Below are positions 26,431-37,238 of a DNA stretch of 48,335 nt, one piece after another. The DNA lies in the IMG/VR virus record IMGVR_UViG_3300000292_000047. The stretch is one strand, 5' to 3'. Below the pieces are notes generated by a model. It was not told where the DNA came from and ran no database searches. It saw nothing but the letters and a program-made list of their open reading frames with translations. Position numbers and translations under genes: made by a program. How positions within the stretch are numbered: the stretch's first letter is position 1; each line of letters starts with the position of its first letter. Source of the stretch: a virus (Duplodnaviria; Heunggongvirae; Uroviricota; Caudoviricetes).

Positions 26431-26747
26431 TCTCTAACTCCTATCACAAGTTTTGGCCTAATAAAACCATCAGAAACGTCCGTTCTTTCAAAAGTAACAG
26501 AATGGATAATCGCTCTAGGCTCAAACTCACTAATTTTTTGAATTATTTCTCGTGTTGCTGTAGCAATAAAAATTGGACTAGGGCTATCAACAAGACTTGA
26601 ATTAATTCCTAATTTTCTGGCATATGGTACAGTGCCAATTTGAGTATTAATAATAGTAGAGACATTTTGCAAAACTTCTTCTACAACTGTTTTGGGCGAC
26701 CAATCAATCGAGTAAGAAGGTGATGATATGGTAAACGTATTATTCAT
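26427..26747 (-). CDS. Baseplate assembly protein W (gp25-like)
   Basis: 106 aa; position upstream of J. Confidence 0.65.
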   Translation of the reverse strand: MNNTFTISSPSYSIDWSPKTVVEEVLQNVSTIINTQIGTVPYARKLGINSSLVDSPSPIFIATATREIIQKISEFEPRAIIHSVTFERTDVSDGFIRPKLVIGVRE

Positions 26748-27211
26748 AATAATTTACCTAACGCACTTCTAGTTTTTGACTCTATATTGCCAGCAATATC
26801 AACTAATGCTTCTTTCAGAGAGGTCTGTCCGACTTCCTGTAATTTAATGCCGACGATAATCACTCGTGGATTCCCAGTTGGACCGAAATAAGTCCATGAT
26901 TCCTCTATATCTGTAATTATAAAATTACCAAAATACTGAATACCAATTACAACAGGATTTACTTCCTGAATTGATTGCATTGTCCTAAGTAATGAAAGCG
27001 CAGCCAATGGAACAATGCCAAGTGTTGTATCCAACCGCATATTAAAACTAACTTCATCCAGATCTGGACCTATATCCTCCAGAACAGGTTTAAGCCCAAT
27101 AACATCATGGCGCGCTACACGACGCTTTGACGTCCTTTTAAAATTGTTGAACGTATTCACCACTATTGATGAGGCAACAAAAGGCATTGTACCAAGCATA
27201 CCCACAATCAT
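26744..27211 (-). CDS. Putative baseplate/tail protein
   Basis: 155 aa between V-like and W-like genes. Confidence 0.4.
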   Translation of the reverse strand: MIVGMLGTMPFVASSIVVNTFNNFKRTSKRRVARHDVIGLKPVLEDIGPDLDEVSFNMRLDTTLGIVPLAALSLLRTMQSIQEVNPVVIGIQYFGNFIITDIEESWTYFGPTGNPRVIIVGIKLQEVGQTSLKEALVDIAGNIESKTRSALGKLL

Positions 27212-27828
27212 GCCTGAGCCTCCGTTGTCGGAGCGTATTCCCCCTGAGCTGTGTGATGGTGGCCTTTAGATTTAATCCCATCAACATCTATATCACCACC
27301 AACAACCTTAACATTCCCAGAAATTGTAGCTGCAACACCTCCAGCAGAAGATCCTTTCATTCCACCTTTGAAGGTTAGTAATCCTTCAACTGTAGCATTT
27401 CCGGTAATGATGGTTTCTGGAGCATCAATAGTTACGGTTCCTGTAGCCTTAATGGTTACATCTCCGACAGCATCAACAAGGAGTAAATTAGATTCTCTGT
27501 CTATCTCAATACGAGTTCCGTTATTAAATCTAATGACGCGTTTATTAACAGTATTAGATGGCGGCTTCTGTGTTTCATCATAAAAACTACCAAGAATAAA
27601 ACCTTGTTGCGGCCCCGCGGGATGAAAGATACACAAAACTTGCTCACCAATATCTGGCATCCAGTAATCAGCATTCTTATCTGTATTTTTCACAATAACT
27701 GATAACTTTGCCGAAGTGACGTTATCCTGATCATCGAAAGTAACTCTTGCTGTAACATCACCATCATCAATATCAGAAACAACGCCAACTCTTATAGTCT
27801 GACGTAATAATGTTTCTAAATCATTCAT
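27208..27828 (-). CDS. Baseplate spike/assembly protein V-like
   Basis: 206 aa; N-terminal OB-like region, C-terminal Gly/Val-rich beta-helix-like repeats. Confidence 0.65.
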   Translation of the reverse strand: MNDLETLLRQTIRVGVVSDIDDGDVTARVTFDDQDNVTSAKLSVIVKNTDKNADYWMPDIGEQVLCIFHPAGPQQGFILGSFYDETQKPPSNTVNKRVIRFNNGTRIEIDRESNLLLVDAVGDVTIKATGTVTIDAPETIITGNATVEGLLTFKGGMKGSSAGGVAATISGNVKVVGGDIDVDGIKSKGHHHTAQGEYAPTTEAQA

Positions 27829-27830
27829 AA

Positions 27831-28832
27831 TTAATACCCATTAATTACTCTTCGGACATCAATCGAGGTGGTATAACCACTAGTCCCAATTGAATGCACA
27901 GCTTTCGATATAAGATATTTTCCAGAAAATGAACCGAATCCCTCCAGATTTATAGTTACACCAGCTACCAATCTGGTGTCTCCAACCAATACTAAAGATC
28001 CGGTATTTTGATATCTATTTTTAAGCCGCAAAGCAGCCTTTGCCTTACGTTTTGCTTCATCTAAATTAGCTACCAGTTTTCTTATCTTAAGATTCGACCC
28101 TTCTTCTACGGATGGATCTACCCAAGTATACGAAAGCGACTTTCTTTTTTTAGGTACGCGATATTTGCACGTGCAACTTTTATACAAATCTGTAGATTGT
28201 GTGCTAAAGCTATATCTGATTATCTCATCAATACCTAACGTAAGCGTAGCGATAGGATCTTTTTGCTCAAACATCTCTTGAGCAAATATTATTAATTGGC
28301 TATCAGTGACCTTTAACGACAACCCTTCATCCTGGCAAAGTCGATGGAGAAATTTTAAATCGCTTTCCTCCATTTGATCTTCACGCGCATAATATGGATT
28401 ACTATCACCATCAATAAGAAACAACAGTTCAAGGTTAGCTAATTTAGCTATAGAAGTTGCTATATCTTTAAGAGTTGTTTTTTCCCATGCATTACTTTTT
28501 AAATCACGTCTAATGCCTGATGAAACAGGAACAGAAACAGCAGTTACCTCAACCACAGAAGGTGGTCCAGAGCAAGTTATGCCATCTACCTGGAATTTCC
28601 CGCACTCAAGGACGATTTGATTTATAGGCTTAAAGCTCAAATCAATAAAATCACCCTTTTTAGGTGTCCAGTCTCCAGACCATTTCCCATCATCATTTTT
28701 TAATATAATAGAAATATCATCGACCTGACCATCTTCATTATCTGTATAAGACATTGACAAAACATCAGGTGACATATGAGCGGTAATATTTACATTCTGA
28801 TATATAACATCAAAAAGCGTTTTACGTAACAC
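27831..28832 (-). CDS. Late control D-like tail/baseplate hub protein
   Basis: 333 aa following tape measure and X-like gene. Confidence 0.6.
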   Translation of the reverse strand: MLRKTLFDVIYQNVNITAHMSPDVLSMSYTDNEDGQVDDISIILKNDDGKWSGDWTPKKGDFIDLSFKPINQIVLECGKFQVDGITCSGPPSVVEVTAVSVPVSSGIRRDLKSNAWEKTTLKDIATSIAKLANLELLFLIDGDSNPYYAREDQMEESDLKFLHRLCQDEGLSLKVTDSQLIIFAQEMFEQKDPIATLTLGIDEIIRYSFSTQSTDLYKSCTCKYRVPKKRKSLSYTWVDPSVEEGSNLKIRKLVANLDEAKRKAKAALRLKNRYQNTGSLVLVGDTRLVAGVTINLEGFGSFSGKYLISKAVHSIGTSGYTTSIDVRRVINGY

Positions 28833-29040
28833 TATTGCGTCTCCACGGAGGAAAATTGTTTACTGATATTGGCATAACCGGAGCATCAGGAACTTTAAGA
28901 ATAATTCCCGCAGAAAAAAGCACCGTAAAGCGGTGCTCAGTATTAGCATCAATAAGAAGATAAGACAGGTACTCATTACCATACAACTTTAAAGCGATAC
29001 TATCCCATGAGTCCCCTTGAACCGTTCTATAATCATCCAA
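28822..29040 (-). CDS. Tail protein X-like (LysM-like)
   Basis: 72 aa; DSWDSIALKLYGNEYLSYLLIDAN LysM-like. Confidence 0.55.
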   Translation of the reverse strand: MDDYRTVQGDSWDSIALKLYGNEYLSYLLIDANTEHRFTVLFSAGIILKVPDAPVMPISVNNFPPWRRNSVT

Positions 29041-31825
29041 AACTTAATCTCCGTTGTTGGAACATATGAGCACTCAATTTCTTCTCAAAATCAGAATATC
29101 CCGCATCTAATGCTCTTTTAGCTGCTGCCTCAGTTTCCTTTGGTGAACCAGCCGGAAGATTGATTACAGGTGAATAGGTTATTCCACCAGTCACAGCGTT
29201 AACGTTCTGGCGAGGTCCAGAAGTCCCAGCGGCAGATATCCCGTGAGGTGATAAATTTGATTGCCCGAACTTGCTTGCTATTGCATTCTGTAAGCTGTTA
29301 TTCCTGCTAACACCTGATGCCAGAGTAGTCATTATTGCACCACCTGACTTTGTTAGCTGTGAGAATGGACCTTTTTTCGCGTCAGAGAACGGTAAATACT
29401 CACGTACAGAAGAAAAAACGCCTTTCACTTCATTAATTAAAGCATTTGCTTTTGATTTTATCCCAGTGATTAACGTCTCAATTATTTTTGCGCCTGACTC
29501 ACTCCAGTTTATTCCAGATAAATAAGTCGTTACAGATTGGAATGCTCTTATAAAGAGTCCAACTGGTGAAAAACGCATAAAAACAGATACCAGTGTATCT
29601 ATGATTTTCTTTCCTGTTTCGCTCCAGTTAATGCCAGAAAGGTAATTTGTTGTAATTTTAAATGCTTTAATTAAGAACGGAAGCGGAGACATCCATTTAA
29701 AAGCACTAATTAATGTACTGTAAATTCTTACTCCTGCCGAACTCCAGTTTATGTTGGAAAGATAATCCCATGCTTTACCAAACATAGATATAATCCATCC
29801 ATTGAGGTCAAAGTTTAAGATAAAGTTTTTTATAGCCTCAAATGATTTAACTGTATATTCCTTAACAGAAGGCCAAACTCTGACAGCATAATCTCTGATC
29901 TTATCCCAATTCTGATAGAGCAATATTCCTGCGGCAACCAGCGCAGATATAGCCATCTGAATCCACCCGAAGGGTGTTAGCTTTGTCGCTACAGATAAAG
30001 CCAGCATAGCTACCCTACACGCTATAACCACACTTTTCATGGTTAGAAACGCACCTGCCGCCATCACTATCTGAGACACAAAATTGGGGTTGTTAGCTAC
30101 AAATTCACTAATTTTTGTAATCAGCGGAACCAAAACACTAAGCGCGGCATTCAAAGCAGGTTGCAAGGCCTGACCAAAACTTAATGATGCATTGCTAGCC
30201 TGAATACGTAATTGTTTCAATCGCTCCGCATTATCTTTCGTTATGTTGGCAAAATCGCGGTCAATAACAGCACTTCCAGCTCCAAGAGATGTTGCTTTGA
30301 TTCTCTGGTATTCCTTCCAGTTTTGAATCATCGGACGAACAAAGTTCTGAACCTGCATATCGCCAAATAGTTCACCAAGTAACTTCTGATCTCCGTTCTT
30401 AGTCATTTTCATGACAGAATGCATTGCAGCTTCGAATGGATTCTTCCCTTTTTTCTGCGCTGTTGTAACAATTTTATATAAATCTACACCGAAATTTTTC
30501 TTTGCTTTTTTTAGTGTTTCAGGGGAAAGTATTTTTGCCAAAAAGTTGTTCATATTATTAGCAGCCTCATCCGAAGTTGCAGCCCCCTTGCGAGCTATCT
30601 GCAAAGCTGCACCCATCGTCGCGGCTGCTTCTTTACCTCCCATTTTTAATGCCTGGAACTGAGCACCAAGCACAGGAAGATTTTTGGCCATATCTTTAAA
30701 TTCAAAGTTCCCCTCTTTCCCTGCCTGAACCAGAATCCCCATTGCAGACTTCATTTGAGATGGATCAATCTTCAATGAGTCACTTAATGTAAATGATGCT
30801 TTCGAGACATCGAGGATATCAGAGCCAGTAGCTGTAGCTGTTCGCCCAATAGTTAGTAGATTCGCCTGAGCCTCTTTATAATCCTGCCCAGCAGCGACGA
30901 GAAAACCCTGAGCGGCCTGAATATCAGATGCAAACTGGTTGGTAGCCGTTCCGGTAACAAGCATCGCCTGCCCCATCGCCTGAACTTCTTCCGGCTTCAT
31001 ATCTGCCGTAAGACCAATCATTTTGTTTTCACGATTGAAATTTGCTGCATTGTTAGCAGCAGCAAATGCACCAGCCGCTACAGCACCAGTTTGTAATCCT
31101 GACCTTACAAGTTGACTCTTTGCCTCACCAAGATGCTCTCGCTTCAATTCACGCTGCCTTTCCAACGCGCGGTTTAACTCCTCCTGAGCACGTTTTACTG
31201 CAAGAACATTTTTCCGTGCTTCAGCCAACGCATTTTTATAGCTGTTAATTTTATCAATACGTTGTTTTTCTAATGCCCGGTTAAGTTCCTCCTGCTGTTT
31301 TTTCACTTGCTGAACATTTGCTCTGGCTAAAGCCAAAGCCGTTCTGTAGCGGTTAACCTGCTCAACGCTACGGGCCTGAGCCTCACGATTACGATCAATG
31401 CTGGCTTTAAGCTCTTTCTCTCTTGAGGCCAAAGCTCTGGCAGATGTATCAGCTCCCTGATAGGCAGACTTTAAAGCGGCCAGTTCTTCACGCTGAGAAC
31501 GTAGTGATGCTCGTAAATTTGATGAATGTGTTTTTGCCTTCTCAAAGTCACGAAGCATCGCTCTGGTTGGATTGGCCGTGTTTTTTATTTGCTTCTGTAA
31601 CTCTTCAACGCGAGCGGCAGCTTTATGATATTCGAGGGCAGTCTGTCCAACCTTTACTTTTACAGATTGTAGCTTTTGAATTTCCCCATGTTCTTTCGTT
31701 AATCCAGCAAGCTCTGCATTTAATTTAGCAACAGCCTGATTAGCTGTAGTAAAACTTTTGGGGAGAGAGGCGGCAACTTTGCCGCCAATTTCAAAAGCCA
31801 GCTTAAAGTTCTTATTGCTGGCCAT
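29033..31825 (-). CDS. Tail tape measure protein
   Basis: 930 aa, coiled-coil rich, hydrophobic central segments. Confidence 0.85.
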   Translation of the reverse strand: MASNKNFKLAFEIGGKVAASLPKSFTTANQAVAKLNAELAGLTKEHGEIQKLQSVKVKVGQTALEYHKAAARVEELQKQIKNTANPTRAMLRDFEKAKTHSSNLRASLRSQREELAALKSAYQGADTSARALASREKELKASIDRNREAQARSVEQVNRYRTALALARANVQQVKKQQEELNRALEKQRIDKINSYKNALAEARKNVLAVKRAQEELNRALERQRELKREHLGEAKSQLVRSGLQTGAVAAGAFAAANNAANFNRENKMIGLTADMKPEEVQAMGQAMLVTGTATNQFASDIQAAQGFLVAAGQDYKEAQANLLTIGRTATATGSDILDVSKASFTLSDSLKIDPSQMKSAMGILVQAGKEGNFEFKDMAKNLPVLGAQFQALKMGGKEAAATMGAALQIARKGAATSDEAANNMNNFLAKILSPETLKKAKKNFGVDLYKIVTTAQKKGKNPFEAAMHSVMKMTKNGDQKLLGELFGDMQVQNFVRPMIQNWKEYQRIKATSLGAGSAVIDRDFANITKDNAERLKQLRIQASNASLSFGQALQPALNAALSVLVPLITKISEFVANNPNFVSQIVMAAGAFLTMKSVVIACRVAMLALSVATKLTPFGWIQMAISALVAAGILLYQNWDKIRDYAVRVWPSVKEYTVKSFEAIKNFILNFDLNGWIISMFGKAWDYLSNINWSSAGVRIYSTLISAFKWMSPLPFLIKAFKITTNYLSGINWSETGKKIIDTLVSVFMRFSPVGLFIRAFQSVTTYLSGINWSESGAKIIETLITGIKSKANALINEVKGVFSSVREYLPFSDAKKGPFSQLTKSGGAIMTTLASGVSRNNSLQNAIASKFGQSNLSPHGISAAGTSGPRQNVNAVTGGITYSPVINLPAGSPKETEAAAKRALDAGYSDFEKKLSAHMFQQRRLSFG

Positions 31826-31830
31826 TAGTA

Positions 31831-32261
31831 TTAATCCTCATTAAACACGTCAATCCATGCGACGATTCGCCTCAACCGAAGCGAAAGCCAGTAGGATATA
31901 GGTGTTGATTGAGATGATTGAGATAGAGAACTCGCGGCCCTCATTATTTGCTTATCAATAGGTTTTTGTTCATCAAAACCTACGAGAGCAAAAAATTCTG
32001 TACCTTTTGACAAACTTTAACAAAGTCTTTCGCTGGTAATCCATTCAGATACTCTATTGGACGACCAATACAGCGAGCAGCCAAGGCTGCATGGACTTTA
32101 TTATCAAGTGATGTTTGAACTGAAACATGCCCTTGAGATTGCAGTAAGTCAGATACCTCTAAAATATCACTGCCTTTTAGGTTGTCTAAATCAAGGTTGA
32201 GTTCAGTCACCGGCTCAAAGTCTTCAAAACGATATTCTTTACTTAATTTAACGGTTTCCAT
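31831..32261 (-). CDS. Tail assembly chaperone pair (E-like 31980-32261; E+E'-like fusion via -1 frameshift extending to 31831)
   Basis: Slippery TTTTTTG (minus strand; plus 31989-31995) just before E-frame stop; overlapping downstream ORF in -1 frame. Confidence 0.6.
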
Positions 32262-32270
32262 TTTGTCACC

Positions 32271-32792
32271 TTATAAACCTAAATCATCACGAACGCTTTT
32301 TAATATATCTTCACCATCAAAGATACAAATAAAGTTCAACTTATCAATTTCCAGGACTTCTTTTCCATCAATAAATAATTTGATATAGAGAACTTCAAAT
32401 TCATTCTCTGAATCAGTAGCCTTTGCCACCTGTAGCGAACCTAAATCCAGTTTTTTAGGGTTTAGCTTCATTGAAGCCCGAATAGGAACCGTTTTATATT
32501 TTCCTGTTCCTGCATCATAAACCTGCTGGCTACCGCGAAAATCTACCTGATGCGATGAGGATAGAAATAATTTTGTACCAGCAGAGGTCAGAGTTCGCCA
32601 TTTAAGAGAGACAGTCATTGGTTTGAAATGCCCCAGCGTTCCGCTCTCAAGCTCTCCAGCGATACCTGCACCACTAACAGTTTCTGTCATCATCTCAATT
32701 GATGGCAGCTTTGCGTCAGCAACACCGATAATACGGTTTCCTTCACCGTATACTGTAAAGTTAATAAGTCTCTCAGGAATTTGATTGCTCAA
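32271..32792 (-). CDS. Tail tube protein (FII-like)
   Basis: 173 aa; TTG start with AGGAGG SD; between sheath and chaperones. Confidence 0.7.
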   Translation of the reverse strand: MSNQIPERLINFTVYGEGNRIIGVADAKLPSIEMMTETVSGAGIAGELESGTLGHFKPMTVSLKWRTLTSAGTKLFLSSSHQVDFRGSQQVYDAGTGKYKTVPIRASMKLNPKKLDLGSLQVAKATDSENEFEVLYIKLFIDGKEVLEIDKLNFICIFDGEDILKSVRDDLGL

Positions 32793-32808
32793 AGCAACCT
32801 CCTATTAT

Positions 32809-34272
32809 TTATTCAGAAAACAAGTTCAGCAGATAATCAGGATTATATTCCATGACGAACTCTATATCTCTGGCAGGTGAGAATGGTGTCATTTTCACAT
32901 GGAATTTAACAATCCCGTCCATCAATGACGTAATCGTGTTTTCAGACTGATCAAAGGTAACAACACCACCTGCAATATCCTGATTACCAGTGAGGCCGTT
33001 AAGCCAAATATTCGCACTAGTAACAATCGATTCAATTAATCGACGGTTTGCAGGATTGTCTATTTTTGACCAATGCGAAAGAATTAACGTATTACCCACC
33101 CAGTTAAACATACGTCGGCAAACACGAAATGCGTCTTTGGGGTCTGTAGATGTTGGATAAATAGCATTACGGTTTCCCCATGATTTCCAACCATCAAAAT
33201 TAAGGCTTGTTACAATCCCCTGTCCATTTAAGTAGTTTGCCTGGCTAATGTTAAGCCATACCTCACTGCCATCTTTACGTACAGCACCGTCCATCTGTAG
33301 TTTTATATTTGACGGAGAACGTGATGGAATATCACCATACTGACTATCCAGCAAGCATGTTGCTGCCGCTAAATGGGTTGAGTGATGGTAAATATTGTCA
33401 CCAAGTTTCACCATCGGCCAGCACACTGTCTGGTTAGCTGCCATATGATTATTGTTCTGCTTCCATTCAGGAACAGCAGAATAATCACTGATAGTAGATT
33501 TATCAGTCGGCGCATCGGTGATAGCTTCTGCTTTGAACAATTCACTAATCAGCGCAGCTTTAGCCGCCATTAGCTGGCCAACTTCACTATCAGAACTAAA
33601 TCCAGGCGCAATCACTTGTCCTGGAACTAGTTTGAAGCGGGGATAAACATCCGACAGTAACTCAAGCCCCGTATTCGCTTTAGTGTTGGAATCCACACCA
33701 CCAATAATATCGTTTTTAGTTACAGCCCCGGGATCAAGATGCGTATAACTAACCTTAAGAGTGGCGTCTTTTTCAGTAATTTTTCCTCCGCTAATAGCGG
33801 TAATGACCGTATAGCCATTATCATCCAGCGCCAGTACATAATCTGTATCAACCGTTAACCCTGGAGAATCACCATCTGCTTTTTTCACAACAACAGATTT
33901 ATATAAGACACCATCGTTAGAGAGCGTACCTTTCCCGCCAGAAAGTTTTACTACCTCATCAGTTACGTCTTTCTTATGCTTTGCTGGATCAAGCACATTG
34001 ATAAATACAACTGGCGCAACACCATATATTCCAAATGCGACTTTAATTACTTCGCTTAAAGTATATTTCTCGAAGTTTGTGCTATATCCTATTTTAGATA
34101 CGGCCTCTGCGTATGTATAAGCAATGATAGGTTTATTTACCGCTGAGGCTGGATCTTCTAACTGATTAACAGGAGTTGTACCAAATGCGACAATCAACCC
34201 AGCACTAACTTGTACTGGAGGAGTTATAGATGTAGCCAGCTCAGATATATAAATACCGTGGCGATATCCCAT
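32809..34272 (-). CDS. Contractile tail sheath protein (FI-like)
   Basis: 487 aa; position and size. Confidence 0.8.
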   Translation of the reverse strand: MGYRHGIYISELATSITPPVQVSAGLIVAFGTTPVNQLEDPASAVNKPIIAYTYAEAVSKIGYSTNFEKYTLSEVIKVAFGIYGVAPVVFINVLDPAKHKKDVTDEVVKLSGGKGTLSNDGVLYKSVVVKKADGDSPGLTVDTDYVLALDDNGYTVITAISGGKITEKDATLKVSYTHLDPGAVTKNDIIGGVDSNTKANTGLELLSDVYPRFKLVPGQVIAPGFSSDSEVGQLMAAKAALISELFKAEAITDAPTDKSTISDYSAVPEWKQNNNHMAANQTVCWPMVKLGDNIYHHSTHLAAATCLLDSQYGDIPSRSPSNIKLQMDGAVRKDGSEVWLNISQANYLNGQGIVTSLNFDGWKSWGNRNAIYPTSTDPKDAFRVCRRMFNWVGNTLILSHWSKIDNPANRRLIESIVTSANIWLNGLTGNQDIAGGVVTFDQSENTITSLMDGIVKFHVKMTPFSPARDIEFVMEYNPDYLLNLFSE

Positions 34273-34562
34273 TATTTAATCTCCATGATAGAAGAAGAAA
34301 CTCTAGAGTACATTACATACTCGACACTGGTTTTATCAGAAAGTCTTTTTTCTGCATCTGAAAAATCACTGGTTGCCACAAACAAACACTTTGCACCAGG
34401 AATATGTGATATTAATTTTTCACACTCTGGAGATAAGCCATTCTTAAATAGTTTATGCTTCAAAATTGAGAGTTGAGGGATTGTTGGCCCTATATATACA
34501 AATGTTTGAGCAACATCTTCCTTCTTTTCTATATCTTCTTTACTACTTTTCTTATTAGCCAT
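34272..34562 (-). CDS. Hypothetical structural-module protein
   Basis: 96 aa between neck genes and sheath. Confidence 0.4.
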   Translation of the reverse strand: MANKKSSKEDIEKKEDVAQTFVYIGPTIPQLSILKHKLFKNGLSPECEKLISHIPGAKCLFVATSDFSDAEKRLSDKTSVEYVMYSRVSSSIMEIK

Positions 34563-35048
34563 TTAGATAAACTCCTGAGACTGAATATTCTGAGGCTTTA
34601 ATACTAGCCACGTTCCAGTTGCTTCCGTTATCCAATATGGATATGGTTGATCATCAAACATTCGCCATCTGATATCACCCTGAAAGAGAAATTTCTCTTC
34701 AAGTAAAGGCTTCTCCTGAAAATGAAACATCATCCTTTCAAGAAGAGCCATTACCCATTCATATCCAGTATGGTCCTCACAAAAACCACCTAGAAGAAAC
34801 TTAACCTTAACTTCATCCGTTTCAGGCTGCATTCCTCCTTCCGTGGGCCTGATAATCACATGAGGAAATTCTGGCGGTTTATCTGGAGATGGTTGTGATT
34901 TAGGAGGCAAGTACCCTTTAAATATTGTTGGAACAAACAATTTAATATCGCTGTCTGTTTCATCATAAGGAGGCCCCTGCACTAATAAATCATGGAAAAC
35001 CTCATGTTCCAACCGATTTTTTATTGCATCTATCAAAAGATTAATCAA
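34563..35048 (-). CDS. Putative tail completion/neck protein
   Basis: 161 aa; position. Confidence 0.4.
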   Translation of the reverse strand: MINLLIDAIKNRLEHEVFHDLLVQGPPYDETDSDIKLFVPTIFKGYLPPKSQPSPDKPPEFPHVIIRPTEGGMQPETDEVKVKFLLGGFCEDHTGYEWVMALLERMMFHFQEKPLLEEKFLFQGDIRWRMFDDQPYPYWITEATGTWLVLKPQNIQSQEFI

Positions 35049-35389
35049 ATCGGCATTCCTCTGTTAGTATTAACAGTGAGAGTTATTTCCAATACACCAA
35101 CATTATCTGATACTTCATCAACAATATAATTTTTACCGTTGATTTTCATTGACTGGTCTTTGACAGGGAGAACAGGAAAATCTTTTCTTGAAACAAATAA
35201 TATTATTTGCCCCTGATTTATTCCCTCTGCAAACTCAGCATATGAGCGTTTATTCCGCTCATGAATAAGGTCTGTATCAATAACGGCAAGGATATCCTTG
35301 CCGTCTATGTTATATGTATCGGCAAACTCTTTTTCATTGAGGAATATTGCAGAAATATCTTGCGCTATAACCTCTTTGAAGGAGTTCAT
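35045..35389 (-). CDS. Putative head-tail connector/head completion protein
   Basis: 114 aa; position after capsid genes. Confidence 0.4.
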   Translation of the reverse strand: MNSFKEVIAQDISAIFLNEKEFADTYNIDGKDILAVIDTDLIHERNKRSYAEFAEGINQGQIILFVSRKDFPVLPVKDQSMKINGKNYIVDEVSDNVGVLEITLTVNTNRGMPI

Positions 35390-35781
35390 TACTTCTTATT
35401 ACCTTTTTTTTGCGTTGATTTTTTCGCATTACTGGTATCAGAAGTAGCTACAGATTCAGATGAATCATCAGCAACCATTTCCTCATTGCCGCCATCATCC
35501 TCAAACTCAACCTCGAATACACAGCTACCCGCCTCCGTTCGCGTAATCAACCCCGCGTCCACAGCATCATTAACAGCAGATGCGTATCCATGCTCAAAAG
35601 CTAACTTAGCAGCATCATAGCCCCCAGCCGATGCCAAATCACCATCCTCTTCGGTGGCAATAGCATGTCCTGACGCAATCAGTTCGGCAATTCTGGAGTT
35701 ATCCATTAGCCCATTAAGCAAACGGCCCGCTTTTAGCGAGCCGTGGCTTATCGTATCAATGTTTTTAATCAGTCTGGCCAT
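35389..35781 (-). CDS. Hypothetical head-module protein with acidic C-terminus
   Basis: 130 aa immediately after major capsid gene. Confidence 0.4.
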   Translation of the reverse strand: MARLIKNIDTISHGSLKAGRLLNGLMDNSRIAELIASGHAIATEEDGDLASAGGYDAAKLAFEHGYASAVNDAVDAGLITRTEAGSCVFEVEFEDDGGNEEMVADDSSESVATSDTSNAKKSTQKKGNKK

Positions 35782-36825
35782 TTAAACCACCTTAGCCACC
35801 AGATAGGCATCAGCCACACCAGGATTAGGCAGTGGAGATGACTTCATGGCAACATAACGGCCAGCCGGCTTACGAGTTACCCAAGTGTCTGGAACTCGTG
35901 GTGACTCAACAATCGTTAGAGTCTTTTCGGCGTCATCTACAAGCTCTACAGCACCATACAGCATCGTTCCTCGACCAGGAGAGCCAAAGAGGATCTTATC
36001 TTCCGGTACTAATGGTTCAGGTTTTCCTGTTTTATCATTGCGAATAAGTTCGTCGTAACCATAAAAATCGACACCTTCAAGATTGCCATAATGAGTTACG
36101 CCTTCTTCTAACTCTTTAGGCTCAATATACCCAAGCTCTTTTCGGCGATTATCAAGATATTTAGTTACTGCTTCATTTTTAACGAAGGCATCAACAACTT
36201 TTGCGCCCATTACGGCAACACGAGGTGTAAAACCTGAAGTTAGTGATACCCGACGTTTCCAGTTGCGAACATTGACTAACGGATCTGATTTTGCTGCACT
36301 CCATAAATCATCACCTGTCAGTTCAAGATATGGTTTATCTCCTTCCTCTTCAGGCCAAAAATAAACTGTGTCATCCACTCCTTCACCAACAATATCAACC
36401 TGCCCCGTAAACAAGACTTGTGCACACATCCATTCTTCACGGCGGTTAACCATTTCATCAAGCTCAAGCAAATCTTTACCTAATTGCTCGGCGGCTCGTT
36501 CTGCTGGCGATTTTGCGTTGTAAATATTCTCACCCGGAAGCCTGTTTAAAAGCAGCTCGGCTGTTGTTACCAAATCAGGTGCAACAAGTGGTGGCTCCAG
36601 AGTTCTCGTTACAAAGCCGCGTCGCTCAACGGTTTTTGAGCCAAAACCTTTACCAACAAACGGAGCCATAGTACGGCCACCGCGAACAAAATCCAGATCA
36701 ACTTTCTTTGTATTAAAGGTCTGAACACCAGGAAAAAAGGTACGAAGAAGAAAACGACGAGCCTTGAAATTCTGAATAACAGGCTCAAGCATCGTACGTC
36801 GTTCAAAAATATCAATATTCGGCAT
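35782..36825 (-). CDS. Major capsid protein (lambda gpE-like)
   Basis: 347 aa; position after protease and decoration genes. Confidence 0.8.
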   Translation of the reverse strand: MPNIDIFERRTMLEPVIQNFKARRFLLRTFFPGVQTFNTKKVDLDFVRGGRTMAPFVGKGFGSKTVERRGFVTRTLEPPLVAPDLVTTAELLLNRLPGENIYNAKSPAERAAEQLGKDLLELDEMVNRREEWMCAQVLFTGQVDIVGEGVDDTVYFWPEEEGDKPYLELTGDDLWSAAKSDPLVNVRNWKRRVSLTSGFTPRVAVMGAKVVDAFVKNEAVTKYLDNRRKELGYIEPKELEEGVTHYGNLEGVDFYGYDELIRNDKTGKPEPLVPEDKILFGSPGRGTMLYGAVELVDDAEKTLTIVESPRVPDTWVTRKPAGRYVAMKSSPLPNPGVADAYLVAKVV

Positions 36826-36845
36826 AAAAATACGACCTCTTTATA

Positions 36846-37229
36846 TTATGCAGATGGATTTTGTTGTGCGGTATTAAGGAATATTCCAACCTTCCGGCAA
36901 GCCAGATATACATCGGCAACTTTTGCTGATTCAGGAAGGATAACCGCATGTGCATTGAACATTCCGGTCAGCCATGCTGTTCCGACTTGCGCTGAATCAG
37001 TCGCATCAATATTGTGTTGAGCGATACAATACGGTTCTTTTGCCTCCCCTTCACCAGAGAGATTTATTGGCGCCACAGTGACAACATTTGTTGTCTGATC
37101 AATACTGACAAAAGCAAGTAACTCACCCCGTTTTACTTTACCGCTGGCAAGTTTAATACTTGTCGGAATTGCTGGCATACCACCAGAAATAATCAGATTA
37201 TCTGGTTCAAATGAAAAAGACTCTCGCAT
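36846..37229 (-). CDS. Head decoration-like protein
   Basis: 127 aa between protease/scaffold and major capsid. Confidence 0.45.
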   Translation of the reverse strand: MRESFSFEPDNLIISGGMPAIPTSIKLASGKVKRGELLAFVSIDQTTNVVTVAPINLSGEGEAKEPYCIAQHNIDATDSAQVGTAWLTGMFNAHAVILPESAKVADVYLACRKVGIFLNTAQQNPSA

Positions 37230-37238
37230 AAACTCACC

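Noticed and set aside
29271-31728. Plus-strand ORFs inside the tape-measure gene (29271-29525, 30411-30662, 31066-31248, 31423-31728)
   Set aside because: Antisense to a long well-supported gene; no independent evidence.
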